Source: Nitrospirota bacterium
GTDB taxonomy: Bacteria; Nitrospirota; UBA9217
Assembly (NCBI GenBank): GCA_963840455.1
Contig: CAWIYV010000009.1
Coordinates: forward strand, 64,001 to 128,000
Length of the DNA stretch: 64,000 nucleotides
Direction of reading: 5' to 3'
Within the stretch, counting starts at the first letter, position 1; every line of letters starts with the position of its first letter. A program made the position numbers and the translations under genes. Positions 12,250 through 21,877 of the stretch are shown here, one piece after another. The notes beneath the pieces were generated by a model. That model was not told the DNA's origin, searched no databases, and worked only from the letters and a program-made list of their open reading frames with translations.

Positions 12250-12366
12250 GACTGGAAGAAATTACAGGCGTTTGTCCGTGAATGAATTGAAGCGCGGTGA
12301 CATTAACTCAAAGCAAGCGCATCATGGTCTGGATGGAATAAGGACCATACGGTCAAGGAGTTCGAT

Positions 12367-12843
12367 ATGAGAGAAAAAAATTATGGAGTGTTTGGAATGA
12401 CCATCCTTCTGGGGACGCTGTTTGCCCTTGGAGGAATGAACGAGGCGTTGGCGGAAGTGCAGGTCAATATCAACATCGGGCCCCCACCGATCGTGGTCGC
12501 CGAGCCGCCGGAAGTGGTTTTTATACCAAGATCCCAGGTTTATTTCGTTCCCCATCCGGAGATCGACATATTCTTTTATAACAGCTACTGGTGGTCTCCC
12601 CGGGGGGACGGGTGGTACCGCGCAAAGGCTTACAACGGGCCATGGAGGGTCGTGGATAAACGCTATGTCCCTTCCCCTGTGCACCAGGTCCCCAGGAATT
12701 ACCGAAACCTCTACGAGAAAGAAAAACACATCCCTTATGGGCAGTGGAAGAAGCAAGGAAAGCACCAGGGGGAAGACGAGCGACATGGGGATCGACACGA
12801 GGATAACCAGCGCGGCCATGGACATGGTCATGGTGACAATTAG
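12367..12843 (+). CDS. Secreted hypothetical protein, Pro/Trp-rich with a His/Gly-rich tail
   Basis: Signal peptide, V.V.INIGPPP motif, YWW...W..A..YNGPW; C-terminal GHGHGHG. Confidence 0.7.
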   Translation: MREKNYGVFGMTILLGTLFALGGMNEALAEVQVNINIGPPPIVVAEPPEVVFIPRSQVYFVPHPEIDIFFYNSYWWSPRGDGWYRAKAYNGPWRVVDKRYVPSPVHQVPRNYRNLYEKEKHIPYGQWKKQGKHQGEDERHGDRHEDNQRGHGHGHGDN

Positions 12844-12928
12844 GCAGAACCATATGAACAGTGAACGTTTTTAGCCCGGTTGGGATCGGTGAGCAGTTAC
12901 AACGCCTCACGTCTCAAGGAGGAAGCCC

Positions 12929-13249
12929 ATGTTCGATGCCATCATTAAAATGAAGGTGCCTGCTGAAAAACGGAAAGAGGTCCTTCAAACGCTGAAAGCA
13001 ATACTCGGCCCGATCCGGCGTGAGCGTGGCTGCGTGAGCTGCAATTGCTATGTGGATGTGGAGGATGAAGGTGTATTGCTCTTCGAGGAGGAATGGAAAA
13101 CCCAAGAGGACCTGGAAAATCATCTGCGGTCCGACCATTTCGGTGTTTTGAACGGGGCAATGAAACTGCTCCGCGAAGAGCCGGACATCAGGTTCAACAC
13201 CATTGTATCCACCGCAGGGCGGGAGTCGATAAAAGTGGTGACGGTGTAA
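12929..13249 (+). CDS. Antibiotic biosynthesis monooxygenase (ABM) family protein
   Basis: R.E.GC..C..Y.D......F.EEW...EDL..HL.S pattern; RBS AAGGAGG. Confidence 0.85.
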   Translation: MFDAIIKMKVPAEKRKEVLQTLKAILGPIRRERGCVSCNCYVDVEDEGVLLFEEEWKTQEDLENHLRSDHFGVLNGAMKLLREEPDIRFNTIVSTAGRESIKVVTV

Positions 13250-13374
13250 TGGGAGAAAAACGAGCTGAACGGGGCTGGCGGGCAGCGCGATCCCGGGAAT
13301 GCTGACAGGTACGAAAGAGACGCTGCTATTTGAACCGGGCAAACAGGGTGCGCTGCTGAGACAGGGGAGGCCCA

Positions 13375-13707
13375 ATGAAAATACTAATACGAATTACCTT
13401 GACGATCGCTCTCTTGACGGCGGGTTTTGCGGCCGGATTTCCGATCGGCCGGAACAGTGGATTTTCAACAGGCAGCGAATGGGCGTTCGTGCAGGCTAAT
13501 ATCCTCGCTCGAGAGGCCGGACTATTTATGCCGGTGAATTTGGAGGATGGACAATTCAGGGTAATCCTGAAACAGCCGAAACATCTCTATAGAGAAGCAT
13601 GGATGCTTGCCGACAGGTATGAGGACGAGATGGCGTACATGAGCAGAGGCGATAGAACCGTCGACGAACGCATACAGCTGACACGAAATGCGGTCTTGCC
13701 GCAGTAA
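13375..13707 (+). CDS. Hypothetical exported/membrane protein
   Basis: N-terminal hydrophobic helix; RBS GGGAGG. Confidence 0.6.
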   Translation: MKILIRITLTIALLTAGFAAGFPIGRNSGFSTGSEWAFVQANILAREAGLFMPVNLEDGQFRVILKQPKHLYREAWMLADRYEDEMAYMSRGDRTVDERIQLTRNAVLPQ

Positions 13708-13880
13708 AGCCTATTGCCGCCAGGGACCGGGCAGGGCGGATCGCGATGATCATGATCTCGAATGAGTGCTGCAGTGACGATGATCGTGGAGTCGTCCCGT
13801 TTCAGGCGCTTAGCATGCAGGGAAGCGGGACATACCGGCGATGGGAATCCGAAAACGCAGTGAAAGAGCAGCGAGGACAA

Positions 13881-14570
13881 ATGGTTAATGCTGACATCGT
13901 CGTCAAGACCACAGAATTACCGCCTCAGAATACGCATATTCCGAAGATGTTCGAGCGAAATGAAACCGTGAGAATTGAGGCGTTCAGCGATGGTGTATTT
14001 GCCATTGCCATAACGCTGCTGGTCCTCGGGATCAAGGTGCCGGCTGCGCGCGACGTTGGTGCGGCAGGAAGTCTCGGCACGGCTTTGATAAAATTGTGGC
14101 CTCATTACCTTGCCTTCGTGACGAGCTTCATCACGATCTTTGCCAAGTGGGTGAACCATCACCGGATGTTCAGTTTTATCCAGAGGACCGATCATCCTTT
14201 TTTATACTGGAACGGTTTATTGCTTTTGTTCATAACGTTCATGCCCTTTCCGACGGCTTTGCTTGCGGAATACCTCCTGCACGCTGAAACCACCATTGCG
14301 GGAGCGGTCTTTGCCGGCACGTTCGTCGCGATCGCATTTGCGTTCAAGGGCATGTGGCACCACGCGTCAAAGAACGGAAGGCTTCTTGCGCCAGGCGTCG
14401 ACCAGAGGGAGATCAGGCAAATCGACATGCAATACCGGTATGGGACGCTTTTGTACCTGGTGGCGTTCGCGATTGCTTTCGTGTCGGTCGGCCTGAGCGT
14501 GGGTGTGTGCCTGTGCCTGTCCGTGTTCTTTGCCTTCAAGGGCTGGCCAATGATGCGAAAGAGGAAATAG
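13881..14570 (+). CDS. TMEM175-family potassium channel
   Basis: RIEAFSDGVFAIAITLLVL signature, W..HH, PFPT; six TM helices; start uncertain. Confidence 0.88.
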   Translation: MVNADIVVKTTELPPQNTHIPKMFERNETVRIEAFSDGVFAIAITLLVLGIKVPAARDVGAAGSLGTALIKLWPHYLAFVTSFITIFAKWVNHHRMFSFIQRTDHPFLYWNGLLLLFITFMPFPTALLAEYLLHAETTIAGAVFAGTFVAIAFAFKGMWHHASKNGRLLAPGVDQREIRQIDMQYRYGTLLYLVAFAIAFVSVGLSVGVCLCLSVFFAFKGWPMMRKRK

Positions 14571-14635
14571 GAGGTTCACGCTTTGGTCGAGGCCCATTAT
14601 GGGAACTGCGAGGGCGAGGGTACAGGAGGTATCTC

Positions 14636-15016
14636 ATGGGTCTTACGCACCGGATAGACCATGACAACAAGGCGATGTTCGCGACTGCCGACGGGCCCAT
14701 AACCTACAGCGACATCAGGAACCACTTGTTCAAGGAACGCTATGAGAACGGGTTGACGTACGCGGAACTCATCGATGCTCGCACAGCGAGCCCTGAGTTC
14801 TCGTCAGAGGATGTCCGTAATATCGTCTCATTACTGAATGTCTTTGCAAAAGAGCATACACTCGGACCAACGGCAGTGGTCGTCAGCACGGACCTTGGCT
14901 TCGGCGTGATGCGGATGCTCGGGAGCCTCGTAGAAGAAGTATGCGCGATCCAGCCGTTCCGCGACGTCGACACAGCCCTGGAGTGGCTCCGCGAGACGCG
15001 GGTGAAAAGAGCGTAG
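14636..15016 (+). CDS. STAS/SpoIIAA-like hypothetical protein
   Basis: ELID.R...TAVVV..D..FG..RM...F.D...A.EWL pattern; RBS AGGAGGT. Confidence 0.6.
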   Translation: MGLTHRIDHDNKAMFATADGPITYSDIRNHLFKERYENGLTYAELIDARTASPEFSSEDVRNIVSLLNVFAKEHTLGPTAVVVSTDLGFGVMRMLGSLVEEVCAIQPFRDVDTALEWLRETRVKRA

Positions 15017-15241
15017 CATGGGCGGCCCCCTGCGGCCGCTGTTGCTCACGCGAAGGTCGGTACCCGTGAAGAAAAGCAACTGCTCAGATAGTAATTTGAT
15101 CCGGGGCGGGCACGTCGCACTGTTTGAATCCTCATTCGTCGGTTTTAAAGCTTTATCGTGTAAACTTGACAGCATGATGAAAGAAAGAATCTATTGACAT
15201 CGCGATCGGATGATCGCACATCTAAAGACAGGAGGAACGAT

Positions 15242-15556
15242 ATGAAGAAGGTTGTTTTGATCACGGTATCAATGGTTCTTGGGTTTTCCTTAATTTAGGG
15301 CTGCTTCTTTCTTAAGGGGGCATCAACGGGTGAATACATCGACGACTCGACGATCACGACACAAGTTAATGGGAACATCGTTCAAGACCCGGATGCTCAA
15401 TATTACAAGATCAATGTGACGACAACAAAGGGAGATGTTGTTCTTACGGGCTTCGTGAACAGCAGAGACACCGAAGCACGGCTAATAGAAAAGATGAAGG
15501 AACTTAAGGGTGTTAAATCCGTTACGAGCCTCTTGATGCTGGAAGAGAAAAAGTAA
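15242..15556 (+). pseudogene. BON-domain lipoprotein with an in-frame TAG at 15296-15298
   Basis: MKKVVLITVSMVLGFSLI*GC...TGEYIDDSTITTQVN...INVTTTKGDVVLTGFVNS...GVKSV; RBS AGGAGG. Confidence 0.8.
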
Positions 15557-15574
15557 GAGGAGAAGGGGTATTCC

Positions 15575-17065
15575 ATGAATGCACTCCTCATATATCCTGA
15601 ATTCCCGGATACCTTCTGGAGTTTCAGACACGCCCTGAAATTCATTAACAGAAAGGCGAGCAGTCCACCCCTCGGCCTGTTGACCATTGCAGCGATGCTT
15701 CCTCAAGCGTGGGAAAAGAGACTGGTCGACCTGAACGTGGAAGGCCTGCATGATGATGCCCTCAGGTGGGCTGATCTGGTCCTGGTAAGCGCGATGTCCG
15801 TCCAGAAGGAATCGGTGAAGGAAGTGGTGGCGCGATGCAAGGAGGCCGGTGTCAGGATCGTGGCCGGTGGTCCTCTTTTCACGACCGATTATGAGGCATA
15901 CGGGGATGTGGACCATCTGGTGCTGAACGAGGCTGAGATCACTCTGCCCCGGTTCCTCGAAGATTTCGGCAATGGCGCTGCCGGCCATATCTATACCACC
16001 GATCAGTGGGCAGACGTAGGTCAGACACCCGTTCCTCTGTGGGAACTCGTCAATATGAAGCACTATGCCTCGATCAATATCCAGTATTCCCGGGGCTGTC
16101 CCTTCAACTGTGAGTTTTGCGACATTACCCTGCTTTGCGGTCGCACGCCGCGTACAAAAGGGAGAGAACAGATCATCAGGGAACTCGAGAGTGTGTACGC
16201 CTATGGTTTCAGGGGCCAGGTCTTCTTTGTTGACGATAATTTTATCGGGAACAAGAAAAAGCTGAGGGAGGAGATCCTTCCTGCCATCGTCGAATGGATG
16301 GAGGGGAAAAAACATCCCTTCTCCTTCAATACACAGGCATCCATAGAATTGTCAGATCATAAAGACCTTATGCACTTGATGGTCAGGGCGGGCTTCAATG
16401 TCGTCTTTATCGGCATCGAGACTCCCCATGAGCAGAGCCTCACGGAATGCAGCAAATTCCAGAACAAGAACCGCGATCTCCTTGCCAGTGTCAAGAAAAT
16501 ACAGAGGTCCGGCCTCGAGGTGCAGGGAGGCTTCATTGTCGGTTTTGACCATGACCCGGTCACCATTTTCGACACCCAGATCAGGTTCATTCAAACGAGC
16601 GGGGTCGCCACGGCCATGGTCGGCGTCCTCATTGCCCTGCCGCGTACCCAGCTCTATGAAAGGCTCAAAAAGGAGCAGCGGCTGCTGAAAGAAACCTCCG
16701 GGAACAATACGGCTTTCGCGACAAACTTCATCCCCAAAATGGACTATGATCAGCTGATCAATGGCTATAAAAAGGTCCTCAAAACCCTCTATTCACCCGG
16801 ACACTGCTATGAAAGGATCAGGACCTTCCTGAGGGAATACAGCCCGCCGCAGAAAAAGAAGAAAGCCATTCGGTTTCGTCCCAACTACATCGCAGCGTTC
16901 TTCAGGTCCCTCGTCGTCCTCGGGATCGTTGGAAAAGGACGCCTCCATTACTGGAGACTCCTGCTCTGGACCATGTTTACCCGTCCCGGCCGTCTTGCGC
17001 AGGCCGTGACCCTCTCGATCTACGGGTTCCATTTCAGAAAGGTATTTGAGAGACACCTTAGCTAA
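15575..17065 (+). CDS. B12-binding radical SAM protein with C-terminal DUF4070-type domain
   Basis: YPEFPDTFWSF N-terminus, SRGCPFNCEFC, GGFIVGFD.D. Confidence 0.9.
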   Translation: MNALLIYPEFPDTFWSFRHALKFINRKASSPPLGLLTIAAMLPQAWEKRLVDLNVEGLHDDALRWADLVLVSAMSVQKESVKEVVARCKEAGVRIVAGGPLFTTDYEAYGDVDHLVLNEAEITLPRFLEDFGNGAAGHIYTTDQWADVGQTPVPLWELVNMKHYASINIQYSRGCPFNCEFCDITLLCGRTPRTKGREQIIRELESVYAYGFRGQVFFVDDNFIGNKKKLREEILPAIVEWMEGKKHPFSFNTQASIELSDHKDLMHLMVRAGFNVVFIGIETPHEQSLTECSKFQNKNRDLLASVKKIQRSGLEVQGGFIVGFDHDPVTIFDTQIRFIQTSGVATAMVGVLIALPRTQLYERLKKEQRLLKETSGNNTAFATNFIPKMDYDQLINGYKKVLKTLYSPGHCYERIRTFLREYSPPQKKKKAIRFRPNYIAAFFRSLVVLGIVGKGRLHYWRLLLWTMFTRPGRLAQAVTLSIYGFHFRKVFERHLS

Positions 17066-17123
17066 AGATAGAAGCGAACGATGGATATAAAGGTGAAAAT
17101 ACATAATAAGAAAGGAGAGAACT

Positions 17124-17315
17124 ATGCCGTTAATTCAATTAGTGATCATTTTGGTTGTCGTTGGGGTGATACTTTGGGTGATTAACAGTTACATACCGAT
17201 GCAATCTACCATAAAGAAAATCCTGAATGTAGTGGTGATTATTGTAGTAATTCTTTGGCTCTTGAGCGTCTTCGGGCTCATAGGGAACCTCTCAACGATT
17301 CACGTTGGGAAGTGA
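17124..17315 (+). CDS. Thivi_2564-family small membrane protein
   Basis: MPLIQLVIILVVVGVILWVINSYIPM...IKKILN.VV; RBS AAGGAG. Confidence 0.8.
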   Translation: MPLIQLVIILVVVGVILWVINSYIPMQSTIKKILNVVVIIVVILWLLSVFGLIGNLSTIHVGK

Positions 17316-17358
17316 AGAGGCAGCGAATATTCAAACGAGAGTGAAGACGGAGTACCTG

Positions 17359-17469
17359 GCGCCGGCCGGGGGCAGCTACTATGACAAGCTGCCTGCCGGC
17401 GCGTTGCAGACCAGCAACGGCAATAATGTCACGCAGGCCGTTGCGACCTTGACCGTCAAAACCAAATAG
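17359..17469 (+). pseudogene. Possible relic of the C-terminus of a secreted Ig-like / ice-binding-family protein
   Basis: APAGGSYYDKLPAGALQTSNGNNVTQAVATLTVKTK* with no convincing start. Confidence 0.3.
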
Positions 17470-17581
17470 CTGGTGGTGATGCTCGGCCCACAAAAAGGAG
17501 CATCGTACACAGGGAGGAGGAAGTCTGATCAATGGTCGTTTGCAGGAACTCTGAATAATTCAGCAGCCGAAGGGAGCGTTG

Positions 17582-18529
17582 ATGAGTGAATGGGAACAGC
17601 AGGACGACAACGTGGCGGTTCTTGAGCTCGCGGCTGAGGAGAACGGGCAGGAGCATGGGGGTGACGGCACCGGCCGACGAAATGATGCCGCCTCACCGAG
17701 TAGTCCGGACGCGGTCAAGTATTACCTGCAGGATATCCGGAAGACCCCGCTTCTTACCTTCGAACAGGAGCAAGGGCTCGCGAAGCGGATTGCGCACGGG
17801 GACGAAGAAGCGCGTACGCGGATGATCGAGGCGAACCTGCGGCTGGTCGTCGGCATCGGCAAGCGGTATATCAACCGGGGATTGCCTTTCCCGGACATCA
17901 TCGAGGAAGGCAATCTGGGACTTATCCGGGCAGTCGAGAAGTTTCAATACCAGCGGGGCTTCAAATTCAGCACGTATGCGGTATGGTGGATCAGGCAGTC
18001 CATCGAGCGGGCGATCGTGAACCAGGTGCGGATGATCCGCCTGCCGGTGCATGTCTCGGAGGTCGTAAATAAATATACACGCACCGTGAAGATGCTGATG
18101 CAGCAGCTCGGGCGCGAACCGGACACCGAAGAGATCGCAGAGGAGATGAAGATAAGCGCCGGCAAGGTGAGGGCCCTATCACAGATTGTAAGGGATGTCT
18201 ATTCGCTCGATGCGCGAATCAGTGATCAAGAAGAAGATACCTTCATGGACACGCTGAGAGACGACAATGTGCGTTCACCCCTTCAATCGTATGATGAGGA
18301 ACGCAGGCAAAAACATATCAACGAGTGGCTTTCTCAGTTGCCGGATACCGAGCGCAAAGTGATCGAGTTGCGATATGGTCTCAACCGAAAAGATCCTCAC
18401 ACGCTTATGAACATCGGCAAACAGGTCGGCCTCACGCGGGAGCGTATCAGGCAGATCGAGCATCAGGCGATCAAAAGACTTAAAATGCTGGTGAAAAAAA
18501 GAAACATGGTATTGTATGACATGCTGTAA
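17582..18529 (+). CDS. rpoS: RpoS-like group 2 sigma-70 factor
   Basis: Region 1.2 (D.VK.YL..I...PLLT.EQE), NLRLVV, EEGNLGLIRAVEKF, FSTYA.WWIRQSIERA, region 4 LTRERIRQIE; no region 1.1. Confidence 0.8.
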   Translation: MSEWEQQDDNVAVLELAAEENGQEHGGDGTGRRNDAASPSSPDAVKYYLQDIRKTPLLTFEQEQGLAKRIAHGDEEARTRMIEANLRLVVGIGKRYINRGLPFPDIIEEGNLGLIRAVEKFQYQRGFKFSTYAVWWIRQSIERAIVNQVRMIRLPVHVSEVVNKYTRTVKMLMQQLGREPDTEEIAEEMKISAGKVRALSQIVRDVYSLDARISDQEEDTFMDTLRDDNVRSPLQSYDEERRQKHINEWLSQLPDTERKVIELRYGLNRKDPHTLMNIGKQVGLTRERIRQIEHQAIKRLKMLVKKRNMVLYDML

Positions 18530-18663
18530 CCCGGAAAACCATTGTTTTCCCGCGGACGCATGTCCATGAAAAAGAGCCCATAGGATCGTAAGAAACCGCG
18601 ATGTTGCCAAAAGGTTGGACAGGGAAAGCAAAAATGGCTGATTTTCAGAAGAGAGGAACTAAA

Positions 18664-20313
18664 ATGAAGACGACGAATGCAATTCCTGAACGTCTGGCCG
18701 GCAACGTGCCAGGCGAGAGCGGGTCCCGGCATGCCGGCGATGTTCGACAGGCGCTCCTCACCGGCGCCCTCGCACTCGCCCTCATGACACCGAGCGCGGG
18801 CTATGCCGCGGAACCGGTCTCCAACGCATTCGTTCTCCCGTCATTGAAGACCGATTGGGCTCAGGGCTACGCCGCGGAGCCGGCCTCCAGCGAACTCGTT
18901 CTCCCGTCATTGAAGACCATTTGGGCTGCAGGCTATGCCGGGGAGCATGTCTCCGCCGAGCCTGTTTCCCCGGCGTCGAAGGCCGAATGGGGTACGGGCT
19001 CCGGTAAGAGCTACGCCATCCCGGCGATCGAGATCTCGGCCTTCCTCTGGCTCCTCAACAGGTACGACCGCGCTGTCTACGGCAACGACGTCTACGGCAC
19101 GGACTGGAACTCCGGCTGGCAACACGTCACCCATGGCCCCTGGCAGGTGGACACGGACCCCTTCGGCATGAATATGTTCATGCATCCGTACATGGGATCG
19201 ATCAATTACGGCTTCGCACGGTCAGCCGGCCTCAATTTCTGGGAGTCCTTTGGCTATGCCTTTGCGGCAAGCTATGTCTGGGAGACGTACGGAGAGACAG
19301 GAGCGCCGTCCGTCAATGATCAGATCATGACCAGCTTCGGCGGGACGTTCCTCGGCGAGGCGCTCTTTCGGATGGCGAGCTATGCCCTTGAGGGCAACGA
19401 AAAACCGGGGTTCTGGCTAGAACTGGGCGCTGCGGCGATCTCGCCGCCCACCGGCCTCAACCGCCTTGCCTTCGGCAACCGGTTCAAGGCCGTTTGGGTG
19501 AGCAACGAACCGGCCGTCTTCACGCGCCTGCGGCTCGGCGCGAGCCTGTCCAGCCACGTGACGGACCAGGGCGTCGGAAACACCGTTAACAAGGTCGAGG
19601 CGACGGGAGACTTCTCTATGGCCTACGGTCTCCCCGGGAAAGACGGCTATCGATACGAGCGCCCCTTCGACTACTTCCATTTCGAGTTCACCGTCGTCGC
19701 CAGCGACGGCAACTCCTTCGAGAACATCATGACCCGCGGTCTCATCTATGGAACAAAATACTCGTCTGGCGACGCCTATCGCGGGATATGGGGCATCTAC
19801 GGAAGCTACGACTACATATCGCCGGAGATCTTCCGCGTCGCGACCTCGGCCGTCTCGCTCGGTACCACCGCCCAGTGGTGGCTCTCGCGCTCAGTGGCGC
19901 TCCAGGGTTCGGTCCTCGGCGGCATCGGCTACGGCGCGGCCGGCACCATCGCCGCCGTGGGCAGCCCCGCCGAGGGTGAGCGCGACTACCACTTCGGCGT
20001 CGTCCCGCAGGGTCTGCTCGCGCTCCGACTTATATTCGGCGATGTGGCCATGCTCGACCTGACGGCGCGCGAGTACTATGTCAGCGGCGTGGGCTCCGAC
20101 GACCGTCATGGATCGGAGATAATCTTCCGCGGGAACGCGTCGTTCACCGTGCGTGTTTACGGCCGCCACGGCATCGGCATCCAGTACGTCGACTCGCACC
20201 GGGATGCGTACTATGGTGATCTGCCCGATAGGCACCAGACGGTAGGAACCGTCAGCCTCGCCTACAATTTTCTCGGCGACACCAAGTTCGGCGCCGTCCA
20301 GTGGCGCCGCTGA
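18664..20313 (+). CDS. DUF3943-domain outer-membrane protein
   Basis: W.VD.DPF..N.F.HPY.GS..YG.ARS.GL.FW...WE..GE..PS.ND motif, followed by beta-strands. Confidence 0.8.
   Translation: MKTTNAIPERLAGNVPGESGSRHAGDVRQALLTGALALALMTPSAGYAAEPVSNAFVLPSLKTDWAQGYAAEPASSELVLPSLKTIWAAGYAGEHVSAEPVSPASKAEWGTGSGKSYAIPAIEISAFLWLLNRYDRAVYGNDVYGTDWNSGWQHVTHGPWQVDTDPFGMNMFMHPYMGSINYGFARSAGLNFWESFGYAFAASYVWETYGETGAPSVNDQIMTSFGGTFLGEALFRMASYALEGNEKPGFWLELGAAAISPPTGLNRLAFGNRFKAVWVSNEPAVFTRLRLGASLSSHVTDQGVGNTVNKVEATGDFSMAYGLPGKDGYRYERPFDYFHFEFTVVASDGNSFENIMTRGLIYGTKYSSGDAYRGIWGIYGSYDYISPEIFRVATSAVSLGTTAQWWLSRSVALQGSVLGGIGYGAAGTIAAVGSPAEGERDYHFGVVPQGLLALRLIFGDVAMLDLTAREYYVSGVGSDDRHGSEIIFRGNASFTVRVYGRHGIGIQYVDSHRDAYYGDLPDRHQTVGTVSLAYNFLGDTKFGAVQWRR
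18799..18996 (+). repeat. Intragenic 66-bp tandem repeat (about 3 units)
   Basis: Units start at 18799, 18865 and 18931 and encode GYAAEP.S...VLPSLKT.WA. Confidence 0.85.
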
Positions 20314-20732
20314 CCTCGACGGCCGCTGAGAGGGTAAACCCCGTTAGAGAGCAAGTTCTCTCAATAATAGATTGTAGCTTTGTACTACAATCTGTAAATG
20401 AACTATGGCAACCACCGATAGGATTCGGCGGCTTTCTCTAGCGGGGTAAAACGGACTCGCGGCCTGGCAGTAGATGCGCCCGTCATAAGCGATGGGCAGG
20501 GACCGCGTGTGGCTTTTGCTGAGATCGGCGGCGCAGAGAAGGATCCTCACCCGGCGGGAAAGCAAATATGTATCACCTGACCAGGTATCGGAAGGAAATG
20601 AGATGGATCAAATAGGAAAGCATCTCGTATACGTGAGCCTTTTCGCGACGCTATTGTTGCCGTCTGAAGTTGCAGCAGCAAAGGATGGTGACATCGTCTG
20701 ACCCCATACGCACATACGCACCTCCGGGAGGC

Positions 20733-21728
20733 ATGGTGAAAAGAATTGCGGTCACGTTATTAACCCTGATATTTTATGCAGGCGATGCCGACGCGGTTGA
20801 TCTTCTTGTCCGAGATGATTCTAAGGAGGTGCATCAAAATACCGGCAGTTCGAGTCAGCCACAGGACGCGAATAACCCTCGCGTCACCGTGCCCGCCGAG
20901 CAGCAACAGACATCTCCCCAAAGCGAGAACGTTGGAAAAAAGGAAGATCGGCCTCTCTCCGCGCACAAGCTGAATTATGCAGCTATAGATAGCTGGCCCG
21001 GGAACAACAATGCACAAGTCAAGTTCCAGATCAGCATGAAGTTCCGGGTGCTAACGCCGAACCTGTATGTCCTCAAGTATAATGTTTTCCCGGCCTATTT
21101 TGCCTACACCCAGAAATCGCTCTGGAATATAAACCAGCCGTCCAGCCCTTTTGAGGAGAACAATTACAACCCGGAGTTCTTTCTGGACTATCCGGTCAAT
21201 GCCGCGATCATCGGCCGGATCAAGCTGCGCAACATCGTTGTAAGTCCCATCGAGCACGAATCCAACGGTCTCGCCGGCGTACAATCACGAAGCTGGAACA
21301 GGCAATACGTTCTGGTAAAGTTCGGACTCGAATCGAAGGAAAAACTGGCAATAACGAATTCCTTCCTGTCGGACAAGGCGTTAGTGTATATCAAACTATG
21401 GAATGCCTCGGGGTATGAGGAGGAGAATGCCTATCTTCAGTCCGTCGGCAAGGACGGCACCTTTCTCGACTATATGGGGAGAGGGGAGATCGGGGTCAGC
21501 GTCAGAAACTTTCTCTGGGGTGGAGCCTTAAAGGACCATCAACTGGATATAAGAACGCCCATATTTCGCGATAGCGACAAAGATTCCTACAAATTCGAGT
21601 TCCGGCAGCAGCTTCCGAATATGAATTTTGCACTGTACCTGCAGTACTGGTATGGATACGGAGAAACCCTGATGCGATTCGATCAGTTCGGACGCAGAGG
21701 GTTTGTCGGGCTCTCATTTTCTTATTAA
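20733..21728 (+). CDS. pldA: Outer-membrane phospholipase A (OMPLA)
   Basis: VKFQISMK, YFAYTQKS.W, SSPFEE.NYNPE, catalytic HESNG, SRSWNR, GYGETL. Confidence 0.88.
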   Translation: MVKRIAVTLLTLIFYAGDADAVDLLVRDDSKEVHQNTGSSSQPQDANNPRVTVPAEQQQTSPQSENVGKKEDRPLSAHKLNYAAIDSWPGNNNAQVKFQISMKFRVLTPNLYVLKYNVFPAYFAYTQKSLWNINQPSSPFEENNYNPEFFLDYPVNAAIIGRIKLRNIVVSPIEHESNGLAGVQSRSWNRQYVLVKFGLESKEKLAITNSFLSDKALVYIKLWNASGYEEENAYLQSVGKDGTFLDYMGRGEIGVSVRNFLWGGALKDHQLDIRTPIFRDSDKDSYKFEFRQQLPNMNFALYLQYWYGYGETLMRFDQFGRRGFVGLSFSY

Positions 21729-21877
21729 GAATATGCCAGTGCAGGGAGTCAGGTCGCGACGGCCTGTCTGCAATCCGGGACGCAAGCATGAAACAGGGAG
21801 CTTTGCTATGCGGAATAAAAAAATGGACGAAAACAAGAAGAGTGAGATCGCCGGGCGCAAGATAAAGGAAATGAGCC

